64,000 nucleotides of DNA, from positions 10,912,001 to 10,976,000 of the forward strand of contig OZ024758.1 of the NCBI GenBank assembly GCA_964016885.1. The letters run 5' to 3'. The stretch comes from Eledone cirrhosa (taxonomy: Eukaryota). The notes below the pieces were generated by a model. That model ran no database searches. It was given only the letters and a program-made list of their open reading frames with translations, and was not told the DNA's origin. Positions 1 through 12,276 of the stretch are shown in pieces. The position numbers and the translations under genes are program-made. Positions within the stretch are counted from its first letter, which is position 1, and each line of letters opens with the position of its first letter.

Positions 1-277
1 TCAATGTTGTTCTTGACATTCTGTGTTATCAACACTCTGGATTTTGCTCTGGATTTTAGCCCTAGGCCAATCCTGAAGGAGCAGACCTCTAACAAAAGGC
101 ACGTGACCATCACACTATCATAAAGTTATACAGAAATACATTATTTAATATATCATTCCATTTTCTTGATATATTTATGTAATTTGAGGAAGATGTAGCT
201 GCTACTTCTAGCCGGGTTCCCTCATTGGCTAAACAATATTATTTTTCTTGTTGCTGTCCATGTCACTTTTATCAACG

Positions 278-1209
278 GCGTCGTTGTTATTGTTGTTGTC
301 ATCGTTGCTATTGTTGTCATCGTTGCTATTGTTTTTGTCAACATTGCTATTGTCATCGTTGCTATTGTTGTTGTCATCGGTGCTATTGTCATCGTTGCTA
401 GTGTTGTTGTCATCGTTGCTATTGTTGATGTCATTGTTGCTATTGTCATCATTGCTATTGTTTTTGTCAACATTGCTATTGTCATCGTTGCTAGTGTTTT
501 TGTCAACGTTGCTATTGTCATCGTTGCTAGTGTTGTTGTCATCGTTGCTATTGTCATCGTTGCTATTGTTGTTGTCATCGTTGCTATTGTCATCGTTGCT
601 AGTGTTGTTGTCATCGTTGCTATTGTCATCGTTGCTAGTGTTGTTGTCAACGTTGCTATTGTCATCGTTGCTAGTGTTGTTGTCATCGTTGCTATTGTCA
701 TCGTTGCTAGTGTTGTTGTCATCGTTGCTATTGTCATCGTTGCTAGTGTTGTTGTCATCGTTGCTATTGTCATCGTTGCTAGTGTTGTTGTCATCGTTGC
801 TATTGTTGATGTCATTGTTGCTATTGTCATCATTGCTATTGTCATCGTTGCTATTGTTTTTGTCAACATTGCTATTGTCATCGTTGCTAGTGTTGTTGTC
901 AACGTTGCTATTGTTTTGTCATCGTTGCTAGTGTTGATGTCATCGTTGCTATTGTTGTTGTCATTGTTGCTGTTGTTGTTGTCATCGTTGCTAGTGTTGA
1001 TGTCATCGTTGCTATTGTTGTTGTCATTGTTGCTGTTGTTGTTGTCATCGTTGCTAGTGTTGATGTCATCGTTGCTATTGTTTTTGTCAACATTGCTATT
1101 GTCATCGTTGCTGTTGTTGTTGTCATCGTTGCTGTTGTTGTTGTCATCGTTGCTATTGTTGTTGTTATTGTTGCTATTGTTGTTGTCATCGTTGCTATTG
1201 TTGTTGTCG
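278..1209. repeat. Compound trinucleotide-derived array (gtcatcgttgctatt and gttgtt modules)
   Basis: Directly visible 15/21/36-bp modules. Confidence 0.95.
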
Positions 1210-2558
1210 AGAAACGATAATCGTGAATAGAAATATTTTCATTAAAGAATAATTTAGTCCTTTAAATACTTTTATCTTTCAATAGTTTCCTTTCTTTCAA
1301 CAAAACCACATCGTGTATTATAATAATAATAATATTGATACTGATAATAATAATAATAATAATAATATCTGTTTAATTAAAGGTATTGATGTCTTGCGTT
1401 TGTTATCTACTTTTGTTATGAATGTTTTATCAAATAACATCAATATTTACACTTCCGTCCGACCTACTTCCGTTCTCTCATTAACATTCTAATCACGTCC
1501 CAGTTTTTCCTATCTTTCCGCCATCTTTATTGTATAGTTTCTTCCTTATCATTTTGTGCTCTTTCCGAGACATCTGATATAGTTTGTGGTAATTTATCTC
1601 AGAAATATAAAGTGACTACGATTAACGTGTAAAGAAAAGTCTATATACAAGTAATATATTCATACATACATATATAATATGTATATTTACTTTAATAGAT
1701 TTTAAGTACATTATATATACACAGGTTGTCTCAAGCGTCACAAACTATGGAAGCTAATGAGAGGGGCTTTATCTATAATTTAAAGGGCTGCCTTTGTCAC
1801 ATATCCTGTCACGCTGATTCAGTTTGGGAATTACGTGAAGAATACACAAAATGTAATGGAATACTCAACCACATACACGTTAAAATTATAAATTGGACGT
1901 TCAACTGACCAAACAACTGAATGCTCATTGTCGAAACCGACGGAGGATCGATCATATTCATGCATCAAAGGATTACAGTAATAGTTCATTGCTGCTTTAG
2001 TTTCAGTTTATAGCTATTCCGTTTGGCTCAAGACATTAATATCCATAATAAAACTGCAAAGCTCTTACAGTTGTTTTACTCTTTACCCTCTTACAATTCT
2101 GAGATATGTTGGAGTAATTCTCCTATTCTCGTATTCTTTCATTCTGTTGTTCTTTGATATATGACAAGGCCTCGACATTTAAAAGGTTGAGATAAAGATA
2201 TTTTCTGTTTGCTTTATTAAACAATACACGCCTCGTGGTTATCCGTTTACGGTCTCGCGTCTACAGAAGTCAGATGATGCGGATTGTTTGATAGCAAGGT
2301 TAAAAATCACAAATACAAATTATTGATGGTGAGATTTCAGACATAATTCCATGTAACACCTCATATTAACCACTCCCAGCAAATCAATATAGCTAATTGT
2401 CCATTGAACATTTCTGCTGATTACCGATTATCTAGTATAGAAATTATAGTTTAGCGCTGTTTTCTCGAAATATCCAAGCATGTAGTGAAGTTGTATCCAT
2501 AGAACAAATTGTGTTTATTCTCTCTATACATATATCTATGATGGCGTCATCCAGCCAG

Positions 2559-2608
<50 letters not shown>

Positions 2609-2612
<4 letters not shown>

Positions 2613-2878
2613 ATTAGAATACTGGAGCGTGTTGGACTATATTTGTAATATGGTCCTTAATGTTATTATTTTTATTTTTATTTTCATTTTTATTCTCATA
2701 TATTTTTGTAAGACATTAGTGTATGTAAACTCCATATTCTTCAGAGTTTCCGGCTTGTATCTGCCGATATTACTTCTTGTTGTTTTGATTGCCCTGATGA
2801 GTCCTTAATAGGACGAAACATTGTCGGCTAATAAAAACTTTTGATGTATTAAAGGATTCTTTGTTTTACTCTCTTAAT
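2609..2878 (+). mobile_element. Penelope-like element 3' end/pseudo-LTR relic inserted in (TA)n
   Basis: Unique ~270-bp block bounded by (TA)n on both sides, ending in hammerhead, AATAAA and a T-rich tail. Confidence 0.6.
2788..2835 (+). ncRNA. Minimal type I hammerhead ribozyme (PLE pseudo-LTR type)
   Basis: attgcc-CTGATGA-gtcct(taat)aggac-GAAA-c-att-GTC-ggctaat: intact core, 5-bp stem II, minimal stem III, GUC cleavage triplet at 2823-2825, stem I gcc/ggc plus att/aat, AATAAA at 2830-2835. Confidence 0.85.
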
Positions 2879-2890
2879 ATATATATATAT

Positions 2891-3200
2891 ATAACAAAGA
2901 GGGTGTGGTAAGATACCAGGTGGACCATAACGCACCAGAGTAGTAGAGTGGGTAATAGGGAAAGAGTCAGGACCCCGACGGCTGAGCTCCGGCCGTTTCA
3001 AAAGCTAGAGATCGGATCTAGCTGTCGAAATAGCTGGAGCTCAGCCGTCCGGGTCCTGACTCTTTTCCTATATATATATATATATAACGAAGGAAATGTG
3101 GTAAGGAACCAGGTGGACCATAACGCACCAAAGTACTCAATACTTAGGGTAGTAGAGTGGGTAATAGGAACAAGTAAGGGGTCTTACTTGTTCCTATATA
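2891..3200 (-). mobile_element. Two adjacent copies of a (TA)n-embedded repeat family, each ending in a hairpin
   Basis: tgtggtaag..accaggtggaccataacgcacca occurs at ~2904 and ~3096. Hairpins at ~2955-3070 and ~3164-3196. Further copies at ~22830-22905, ~35761-35890 and ~57675-57800. Contains GAAAC-ggc..gcc-GTC, resembling the 3' half of a hammerhead. Confidence 0.65.
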
Positions 3201-3374
3201 TATATATTTATTCAATTAGAGAAAATTGGTTGATTGAATATCAGCCGTCTTTAACATAACAGATGTGAAGCACTCAACGGTTTATGTTGACTGATGTTAT
3301 ACAAAAGCCATACATCTTCGAAATACGTATAATAAAATAAATAGGGATGGACTAACGTAACCATCTTACTTGTT

Positions 3375-3413
<39 letters not shown>

Positions 3414-3541
3414 AAAGTTCTATTTAAAGTTGTTGGGATACAACAAGTAAATATTTTTATAACTGATATAAAGCACTCGACAAGTGTTTGGAGTAGATAT
3501 ACGATATTAATAAATGGAAACTATATTTATAAAACCCTATT

Positions 3542-3606
3542 TATTTCATTATACATATTTCAGGGATACCACATTAAATTATGGTATGCCTTCATCAGAT
3601 AAAATA
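3542..3606 (-). ncRNA. Type I hammerhead ribozyme, left arm of fold-back
   Basis: Minus strand reads tattttat-CTGATGA-aggcatacca...tggtatccct-GAAA-tatgta-TA-atgaaata, an inverted copy of 3698-3764. Confidence 0.7.
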
Positions 3607-3697
3607 CAATGTATAACAGTTTTACAAATAGCTTTGACGTACCCTTTTAAAATACAACCATTACTTTTGGAGGCTGTCTGGATACTGTTATACATTG

Positions 3698-3764
3698 TAT
3701 TTTGTCTGATGAAGGCATACCATAATTTAATGTGGTATCCCTGAAATATATATAATGAAATAAA
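3698..3764 (+). ncRNA. Type I hammerhead ribozyme, right arm of fold-back
   Basis: tattttgt-CTGATGA-aggcatacca...tggtatccct-GAAA-tatata-TA-atgaaata; stem I pairs with G-U wobbles; AATAAA at 3759-3764. Confidence 0.7.
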
Positions 3765-3823
3765 TATGGTTTTATAAATATAGTTTCCATTTATTAATAT
3801 CGTATATATATATCATTAATATC

Positions 3824-3894
<71 letters not shown>

Positions 3895-3904
3895 GTGTGT
3901 GTGG

Positions 3905-4055
3905 GTGAAGGCGCATCGCTTACTGGTTAGCAATTGGCAAGTTGTAAGTTCAATTCTAGGATCGGGTGATGCGTTGTGTCCTTGAGCAAGACACTTTATT
4001 TCTCACGTTGCTTCAGTTTACTCAGCTGTAGAAATGAGTTGTGACGTCACCGATG
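3905..4055 (+). mobile_element. Second tRNA-derived SINE family, 5' part (OK-like)
   Basis: Degenerate A/B boxes followed by ttgtgtccttgagcaagacacttt...ttactcagctgtagaaatgagtt, a central domain typical of conserved-domain SINE superfamilies. Confidence 0.65.
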
Positions 4056-4109
4056 CTATGATATCCATATATGACGTATATATAATATATATATTTATAT
4101 CATATCTAT

Positions 4110-4810
4110 TTATGCATGTTTAACATCAATGGAGATAGTACAAAGAAGAAAGCTCTAGTTGCTGATAATATCGATGACGAAAACCTGATCAATCTCAGAT
4201 ATTCCGATGACAATGTTCCCAACGATGCTAACGTAGAAGAGGAATTGAGGATTTGAATGAAGAAAGTTAAAGAAAACGTAAAAGAAAACATAAAAGATAT
4301 AGTTTCTTCATTAATTTTGAGAAACCTTCACCAAAGGAGGGAGATATGATCAAGGTAATCTTGTAATAATTGATAACAAAACTGTCAAAGTGGGATATGA
4401 TGTGTTCTGTTGCTTGGGAAGAATTAATACAAATCAATATGATGAAGAGAAAGAGTTAAAACGAAAGAAATATCACCTTTACAAAATCTGTCGTTGCTTT
4501 TTTTTAAAGCAGAAATTGGAACAACCACAAAGTTGAAATAACTTCATATTTTGATATTTCCACGTGCAGCCTATGGAGATGAATACTGGAAAAACTGATA
4601 GAAAATGTTTAAAGAATTTGCAGGCTTGGTGTTATAAAATGTTGCTAAGATTAAACTTGATTGAAAAATGTGGTGGTATATGAAGGACCGAATTGAATAA
4701 CGTCTTTTAAAGAGAGTTGGACCAATAGAATCTGATATTTTGAACATACGATAACATTTGAATATGATATTGAAATTAAATTTACAGCTCACATCTATAT
4801 AGGTTTAGCT
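4110..4810 (+). mobile_element. Highly degraded RTE-type LINE reverse transcriptase fragment
   Basis: Ordered relic motifs: LINLRYSDDNV (~4184, YADD box), AYGDEYW (~4568, cf. LYG.ETW), aaaatgtggtggtat (cf. EMWCY), LKFxAHIYR-like (~4775, cf. LxWAGHI). Many stops and frameshifts. Confidence 0.65.
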
Positions 4811-5280
4811 GGGCTTTTACAAGCTTGCATCTTGTAGGAGGTTTCTTGGGTGTTTTAATGAGATAGGAGCTAATGTTATCACGAAAAACATGAAATAAAG
4901 CGTCTTCTTCTAGAACAAAGGTCCAGGAATAGGGCCTGTGATCTTGAGACTAACCCATTAAACTATGACAGGGGCTTCAATGTCATACGAATTGACCCCA
5001 TCTTTGATATCCTGGTCAAAACAGTTTGTCGATATTCAATATTTCATTATTGACTCTCACGGCCAACACATCAAAGCTGTTCTGTGGTTTATGTCAACTA
5101 TCACGGTCAAGGCTAGGCTGCAGCCTCTCTTTCACGGTGTATAACGAAGTTGTTGACATTGTTTTATATATACTAGTGTAAAGTTGAATACTAAGTTATA
5201 TATGAAGCCATTTAAAGAGCAAGGATAGGAGCATTGGGAACATTAGCTCTCTCTCTGTCTATATATATATATATACAAGT

Positions 5281-5420
5281 TAATATAAATTAATATATAT
5301 GATAAACACTAATACAATCATATAAGTGTTTGTATTGCAAATGACCAAGTTAGCTAGATTTGTAATACAAACACTTATATGATTGTATTAGTGTTTATCA
5401 TATATATTAATTTATATTAA
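5281..5420. repeat. Near-perfect ~60-bp-arm hairpin
   Basis: atatatgataaacactaatacaatcatataagtgtttgtatt and its exact reverse complement; between (TA)n tracts. Confidence 0.85.
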
Positions 5421-5503
5421 CTTGTATTTCACGGCTCAGAAATACTTCTTTCTTTGAGCTAATTAATTGTAAAAGAATGTTTGAGTTTATAACTCTATAT
5501 ATA

Positions 5504-5544
<41 letters not shown>

Positions 5545-5685
5545 TATATATATAGAGAGAGAATTAGTACATCTACCAACATATATGTACAGATGTACAC
5601 TCATGCTAGCAAATATATAAGTTATGTCTTAGTACCTATGTGGTTCTATGCAGGTGAATGCAGAACAATTATATGAAAGACGTAA

Positions 5686-5720
<35 letters not shown>

Positions 5721-5967
5721 TGCGTGCGTACATACATATATGGTGGTGATGGTGGTAATGACTATAGTGATGAATTTGTTGATGATAACGCTCAGGATGA
5801 CGATAATTACGATGGTGAAGGGGTGGTGACCGGGGGTGGGGGGATGATGATACGAGTGATTATTTCATTTATAAATATGATGAGAATGACAATAAAGATT
5901 ACGTTGATTGTGGAAAACGACGGGGATGACTGTGGCGACGATGAGAATGTACGTATAAAGAAGCTAC

Positions 5968-7312
5968 TGATGATGATGATGATGGTGGTGGTGATGGTGA
6001 CGATTGTGGTGATGGTAATGGTGATGATGGTGATGGTGACGATTGTGGTGATGGTGATGATGGTGATGGTGATGGTGACGATTGTGGTGATGGTAATGGC
6101 GATGATGGTGATGATGGTGATGATGATGGTGATGATGATGATGGTGGTGATGGTGACGATTGTGGTGATGGTAATGGCGATGATGGTGATGATGATGGTG
6201 ATGGTGACGATTGTGGTGATGGTAATGGCGATGATGGTGATGATGGTGATGATGATGATGATGGTGATGGTGACGGTAATGGCGATGATGGTGATGATGG
6301 TGATGATGATGGTGATGGTGATGGTGACGATTGTGGTGATGGTAATGGCGATGATGGTGATGATGGTGATGATGATGGTGATGGTGATGGTGACGATTGT
6401 GGTGATGGTAATGGCGATGATGGTGATGATGATGATGGTGATGGCGGTGATGATGGTGATGATGGTGATGATGATGGTAATGGTGATGATGGCGATGATG
6501 GTGATGATGGTGATGATGGTGATGATGGTGATGGTGACGATTGTGGTGATGGTAATGGCGGTGATGGTGATGATGGTGATGATGATGGTGGTGGTGGTGA
6601 TGGTGATGGTGATGGTGATGATGATGGTGATGATGGTGATGGTGGTGATGAAGATGGCGACTGATCTAGATAGAAATAGTAAGGATTATGACTTAGAAGA
6701 AGGCGGTAGTGCAACTGGCGATGCTGCTGCTGCTGCTGCTGTTGCTGCTACAGTTGTTGTTGTTGTTGTTGTTGCTGCTACAGTTGCTGCTGTTGCTATT
6801 GATCAGAAAGATGCTGATGCGAGGAGGAGGAGGAGGAGGAGGAGCAGAAGGAAGCTGGGGAGGAAGACGATGATAAACTAGTAACAAAAAAAAAAGTTGA
6901 TGATAATAATAATTATCATATGGGAAAAGTTGATAATGGCGATGATGATGATGATTATGTGGTGGTGGTGGTGGTGGTGGTGGGGATGGTAATGATAGTG
7001 GTGATAATGAAGGTGGTGGTGGTGGCAGAGGTGGTAATGATGATGGTGATGGTGATAGTGATGGTAATGAAGGTGGTGGTGGTGATGGTGGCAGAGGTGG
7101 TGATGGTGATGGTGATGGCGGTGATGGTGATGATGATAGTGGTGGGCAGGGTAATAGTGGTGATAATGATGGTGGTGGTGGTGGTGGTGGCAGAGGTGGT
7201 AATGATGATGGTGATGGTGATAGTGATGGTAATGAAGGTGGTGGTGGTGGCAGAGGTGGTAATGATAGTGGTGATAATGAAGGTGGTGGTGGTGGTGGTG
7301 GTAGAAGGGGTG

Positions 7313-7344
<32 letters not shown>

Positions 7345-8595
7345 GATGATAATAATAGTGGTGGTGATGGTAATGAAGGTGGTGGCGGCGGGGAGGAGAA
7401 GCTATTGATTATTGTTGCTAATAACTGGATTTCTTTTTTTTCTTTTAAAATGTTTTTATTCCGTTTTTTTTTTTTTTTTTTTTTTTTCATAAAAGTCAGG
7501 CGGCGGCGGGGGTGGGGTGGAGTAGAAATGTCTTTTGTAATATTTACTGGTGCAGCTGCAACTGCTGCAGAAATTGATGCTTCTCTTCTCTTGTTGCCCC
7601 CCCCCCTTCCTACTGCTGCTGCTGCTGCTGCTGCTGCTGTCATTGCTAGAACACTATCTATATGTCGCTGTTGTCGTTGTTGTCGTCGTTGCTGTTGTTG
7701 TTGTTGTTGTTGTTGCATTAGTCGTCAATGTCGTCGTTGTCATCGACTTTTGTTATTTTTTTTAAATTTTATTTTGATTTGTGTTGTTTTGTTGTATCTT
7801 CTTCTTCTTCTTCTTCTTAATGGTTCTGTTGCTGTATTATAGACATCAATAGCTTGTTGTTGTTACTGTTGTTGCTGTTACTAGTGTTGTTGTTATTGTT
7901 GTTGCTGTCGTTGCTGTTGTTGTTGCTACTGCTAGTGTTGTTGTTACGAGTGTTGCTGTTACTGTTGTTGTTGTTGTTGCTAGTGCTGTTGTTGTTGTTG
8001 TTGGTGCTGCTGTTACTGCTGCAGTTGCTGTTCTCACTGCCATTGTCCTCAATTTTGTTGTCGCTGTCGTTGTTGTTGCTGTTGCTGTCGTTGTTGTTGT
8101 TGTTGTGGTTGCGGTTGCTGCTATTGTAATTGTTGCTGTTGTTGTTGGCATGCGTTTTGTTTTTAATGTTGTTGTTGTTGTTGTTGTTGTTCTCCTTGCT
8201 GCTCATCTTTATCCTGTTAATAATAATGTCGCTGCTGTCGCTGCTGGTATATGCTGCTACTGTTGCTGCTGCTGCTGTTGTTGCTGCTACTGTTGTTGCT
8301 GCTGCTGCAATCATTACTGTTGTTGTTCTTGCTCTCGCTGCTGTCGTTGCTGGTATATGCTGCTACTGTTGCTGCTGCTGCTGATATATGCTGCTACTGT
8401 TGTTGCTGCTGCTGCAATCATTACTGTTGTTGTTCTTGCTGTCGTTGCTGTCGTTGCTGGTATATGCTGCTACTGTTGCTGCTGCTGATATATGCTGCTA
8501 CTGTTGTTGCTGCTGCTGCAATCATTACTGTTGTTGTCGTTGCTGTCGTTGCTGTCGTTGCTGCAGTTGTCATCATTGTCGTTGCTGTTGTTGTT
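5968..8595. repeat. Compound trinucleotide low-complexity region: (GAT/GGT)n, (GCT)n, (GTT)n, (GAG)n
   Basis: Directly visible. Confidence 0.95.
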
Positions 8596-8901
8596 TTAAG
8601 CTCTTTTATAGAATGTAGAAAAGCAGACGATTCAATGAGTTACTCTAGTCTTAAATCGTGGCAGTATTTGTATTTTTCTATTAACACTCTACATTTTATG
8701 CATGTATAATGCAGCATTATTGTTTATTAATGTTGAAGTATAGTGCAATATAGTGCATTTCACTGTCGTATATAGCCTGGTGCAGTTTATTGAAATATAA
8801 AATATAAAGATATATTGTCATTGAAGAGTGTTTAATCTACTATCACGTCTGATAGTGTAAAGAAATATAGTGAAGGGTGGTGGGACTCAATACACAGTGA
8901 T

Positions 8902-9273
8902 GTATAGTGTATATATATAGTATAAAGAAATATAAGCTTGTAGTGTATGTATAATGTAAAGAAATATAGGTATATTATAGTGTATATATATAGTATAAAG
9001 AACTATAAGCATGTAGTGTATGTATAATGTAAAAATATATAGGTATATTATAGTGTATATATATAGTATAAAGAAATATAAGCATGTAGTGTATATATAA
9101 TGTAAAAATATATAGGTATATTATAGTGTATATATATATAGTATAAAGAAATATAAGCATGTAGTGTATGTATAATGTAAAGAAATATAGGTATATTATA
9201 GTATATATATATAGTATAAAGAAATATAAGCATGTAGTGTATATATAATGTAAAGAAATATAGGTATATTATA

Positions 9274-9275
<2 letters not shown>
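8902..9275. repeat. ~73-bp AT-rich tandem repeat, ~5 copies
   Basis: tagtataaagaaatataagcatgtagtgtatgtataatgtaaagaaatataggtatatta repeated. Confidence 0.9.
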
Positions 9276-9315
<40 letters not shown>

Positions 9316-9595
9316 TATAGAAATATAGTGAAGGGTGGTGGGATTCAATGTACATATAGTACAGTATAGTGTACATACAGTGTATGTGTAGTGTAAAGAC
9401 TCCGGAGCTAAAACTGTAGGACAAAAGCTAAGCTGCATATCACGACATTTCACTTCTCTAATTATGTAACTAATGCTCTTGATAAAACATGGTCGCCATA
9501 AACTTTCCTTTAATCTCCACTATTGTATCGTGTATTGGTTCCTAATCATTATATATATATATATATATATACACACACGCACAATCTGGATATTG

Positions 9596-9627
<32 letters not shown>

Positions 9628-9716
9628 GCACACACTGGATATTGATATATATATATTATATATACACACACACGCACACACTGGATTATTGATATATATA
9701 TATATATATATATATA

Positions 9717-9792
9717 CAGGGCGTCCCTAAAAATATATATACACTTTTATTAGAATGGTTTTGAAGTGTGTATATATTTTTTCGGAACACCT

Positions 9793-9794
<2 letters not shown>
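9717..9794. mobile_element. Tc1/mariner-type MITE (~80-95 bp)
   Basis: TA-cagggcgtccctaaaaa...ttttcggaacaccttg-TA terminal inverted repeats. Confidence 0.75.
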
Positions 9795-9855
<61 letters not shown>

Positions 9856-10234
9856 TATCGTGCAAGCTGTCTTGTTACATTAATTACTTTATTTTTAATG
9901 GAAATTATTATTGATTTCTTATACTCTCTTATGTATATATGATCAGATTTATATAAACCTGGATGGTGAGATTATATTACTATCTTACACGGAATGAACT
10001 TGTGATATTTTATTAAATTGTTGTTGGTTTAGAGAGAGAGACTGTGTGTAGTGTGTGGTGTGTTGTGTGTGTGTGTGTGTGTGTGGTGTTATCGGTATCA
10101 ATAGATAATCAATCGCCGTTTACCTTTTTACAAACAAGTTTTATAACAAACAAGTCTTATACCAAACAATGATATTTCACTTTAGACGTGGCTGGGAGAG
10201 TAGAAAAAAAGAAACCACAATACATGGGTGGTGT

Positions 10235-10390
10235 AATTACCCCAGTGTATTACTGGTGCTTTATTTTATCAACTTCGAATGGTTGAGAGGTATAGAAGAC
10301 CTCAGCGGGATTTGAACTGAAAGAGTAGAGAGTCGAATCGAATACCTCAAAGTATTCTATCCGATGTTCTAACCACTCTGCCAAATCAAC
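10235..10390 (-). mobile_element. Older diverged relative of the SINE (others at ~16115-16230, ~25130-25280, ~42130-42295, ~45355-45500, ~51250-51376, ~60575-60655)
   Basis: Degenerate matches to ctggtactttattttatcgacc...gacctcggcgggatttgaactcag. Confidence 0.65.
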
Positions 10391-10473
10391 ATCCTTTAAC
10401 GGAGTTATCAGAGAGATCAGTGTGTCCTATTGTATGATAAGACTTGCTCTCTTCCAAGTAGAATTACAGTACA

Positions 10474-10622
10474 TCCGACGGGCTTCTACGTAGTTTCTGT
10501 TTACTTAATTTCATTAACAAATCTTTCGAACTATGATAAATAATCCTTGCTCATAATGTCGTACATTGGGATCGAACCAGGAATCTTTGGATTGTAAACC
10601 GATATCCTTAATCATTCGACAA
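10474..10622 (-). mobile_element. Degenerate third tRNA-derived SINE
   Basis: Minus strand has B box cctggttcgatccc and a tail ...aaactacgtagaagcccgtcgg. Confidence 0.5.
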
Positions 10623-11178
10623 TATTGGCTGAGTTTTATGAGTAAATCAACGACCTAAATAATGATTTCTTCGTTTAGTGTCTTATTAAAATTAATTTTG
10701 TGAGGATTGTCACTAAAATATATTTCTATGACAAAATAGGTTTGGGAATCACAGATCTAGAATAAGATCTTCAGAAGTTTTTAGATCTTACTACATCACT
10801 TCCATCTGATTTTGTAAGCTTTTGCACTTATATCAACAGCTAAACTAATATTGTCGCGTAAATCCGTTTGTGTTAAAGCAATCAATTCTATTTAATTAAC
10901 TTGACAGCTGTGGTAAGTAAAGTAAATTACTTGACTTCATGAAAATAGACTTGAGCTGATATCATGATTTAAGATATCGTTAAATCATGATAGATTCGTT
11001 AGAGCGATTTAAACCATACTCTTGTTTCTTTCTTTCTTTCTTTCTAGCTACACGCCTTCTAACATTTCATTGTATTATATTGTATCCGAGATAGAACTTT
11101 AATGCAAGTTAACTGTAATAATAGATACAAAAACGAATGTAATTATGATGTATTATTACTTTGGTAGAAGGGGGGATA

Positions 11179-11364
11179 GGGTGGTGAATTGGCAGTATCG
11201 GTAGAGGATCAGACGCCATGCTTTCTAGCATAGTTATGTCCCTTTATGATCTGAGTTCAAATCCCGCCGAGGTTAACTTTGCCTTTCATCCTTACGGGGT
11301 CGACAAAATAAAGTACCAGTGATGTACTGGGTAATTGCGGGCCTTGTGCCAAAAAGTAGAAACA
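11179..11364 (+). mobile_element. Young tRNA-derived SINE (octopus OR-like), full length
   Basis: A-box-like tggcagtatcgg, B box gagttcaaatccc, body ttgcctttcatccttacggggtcga, tail agtagaaaca. 19-bp TSD attattactttggtagaag at 11152-11170 and 11365-11383. Confidence 0.9.
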
Positions 11365-11982
11365 ATTATTACTTTGGTAGAAGTAAAGTTGTATAGTTAA
11401 TCTAATTTATATATTCTATGTTAGTATAGTAGTACAATTTAATTTATTTATACTCAGTACTCCGTGTAAGAAAATATAAATAGAGCTATTATTATTGTTG
11501 ATAAACTAAAGCAGGGAAGGGTTCCGCCCGTAGGAATAAAAAGGCCCGAACTGAATTGTTGATATCGTTGTACTACCAATAGTTTTGGGTTGTCGATGTT
11601 TATGTCTAAAACTTTTACCGACATCTACACCACAAACATAACTAATCATATATTCAATCTTATCCATGTTATTATATTCTAATTATTTTATGCAATATAT
11701 TAATTGCTGTTACAATGTTGTCTACAATTAATGTTATTTATTGTAGACAACATTGTATATTTATTGTTATTATATTAATTACTTATTTTAAATTGTCCTA
11801 CATTATTTAGACTTTCATATTATTATACTCATGACATATCTAATCAATTATCGACAATTAAACGATCAAACAGGAATAATTTTAATTTATCATTTGTGTT
11901 TCATAGTGTCACCTTGAACCATGTTTATAATTATGTATCTACAGTACGAAACGTCTGGCTCTCGTGTCACTGGAAGAAGTTT

Positions 11983-12022
<40 letters not shown>

Positions 12023-12143
12023 TCTATAACTTTAAATATGTAAACAGCTTAAATCCCATCAAATTGATATTTGGCTTAAGTTTTATATATATATATTCAT
12101 TTAAGGTTAAATGGTGAGTCTTACTGCTTCTCGTGTTTCGCCA

Positions 12144-12179
<36 letters not shown>

Positions 12180-12210
12180 TGGCGAAACTCCAGAGCAGTA
12201 AGACTCACCA

Positions 12211-12276
<66 letters not shown>

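Larger units (their letters stand above)
3411..3807 (-). mobile_element. PLE-like relic with ~125-bp fold-back inverted repeat (3497-3620 / 3684-3807)
   Basis: Near-perfect inverted repeat containing two hammerheads, flanked by (TA)n. Its left ~100 bp recurs at 63661-63770. Confidence 0.65.

Noticed and set aside
222-1230. Long ORFs on both strands (Thr/Met/Ala- or Leu/Ser-rich)
   Set aside because: Open frames result from a trinucleotide-derived array lacking stops; several frames are open and there is no splice or domain evidence.
3288-3340. GAAA-TACGTA-TA-ATAAAA hammerhead-like 3' half
   Set aside because: The upstream core reads ctgatgt rather than CTGANGA and stem II is unclear; possibly a relic but not supportable.
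5724-8709. ORFs of up to 385 aa resembling extensin, mucin or poly-Q proteins
   Set aside because: Translations of (GAT/GGT/GCT/GTT)n low-complexity DNA, open in multiple frames on both strands.
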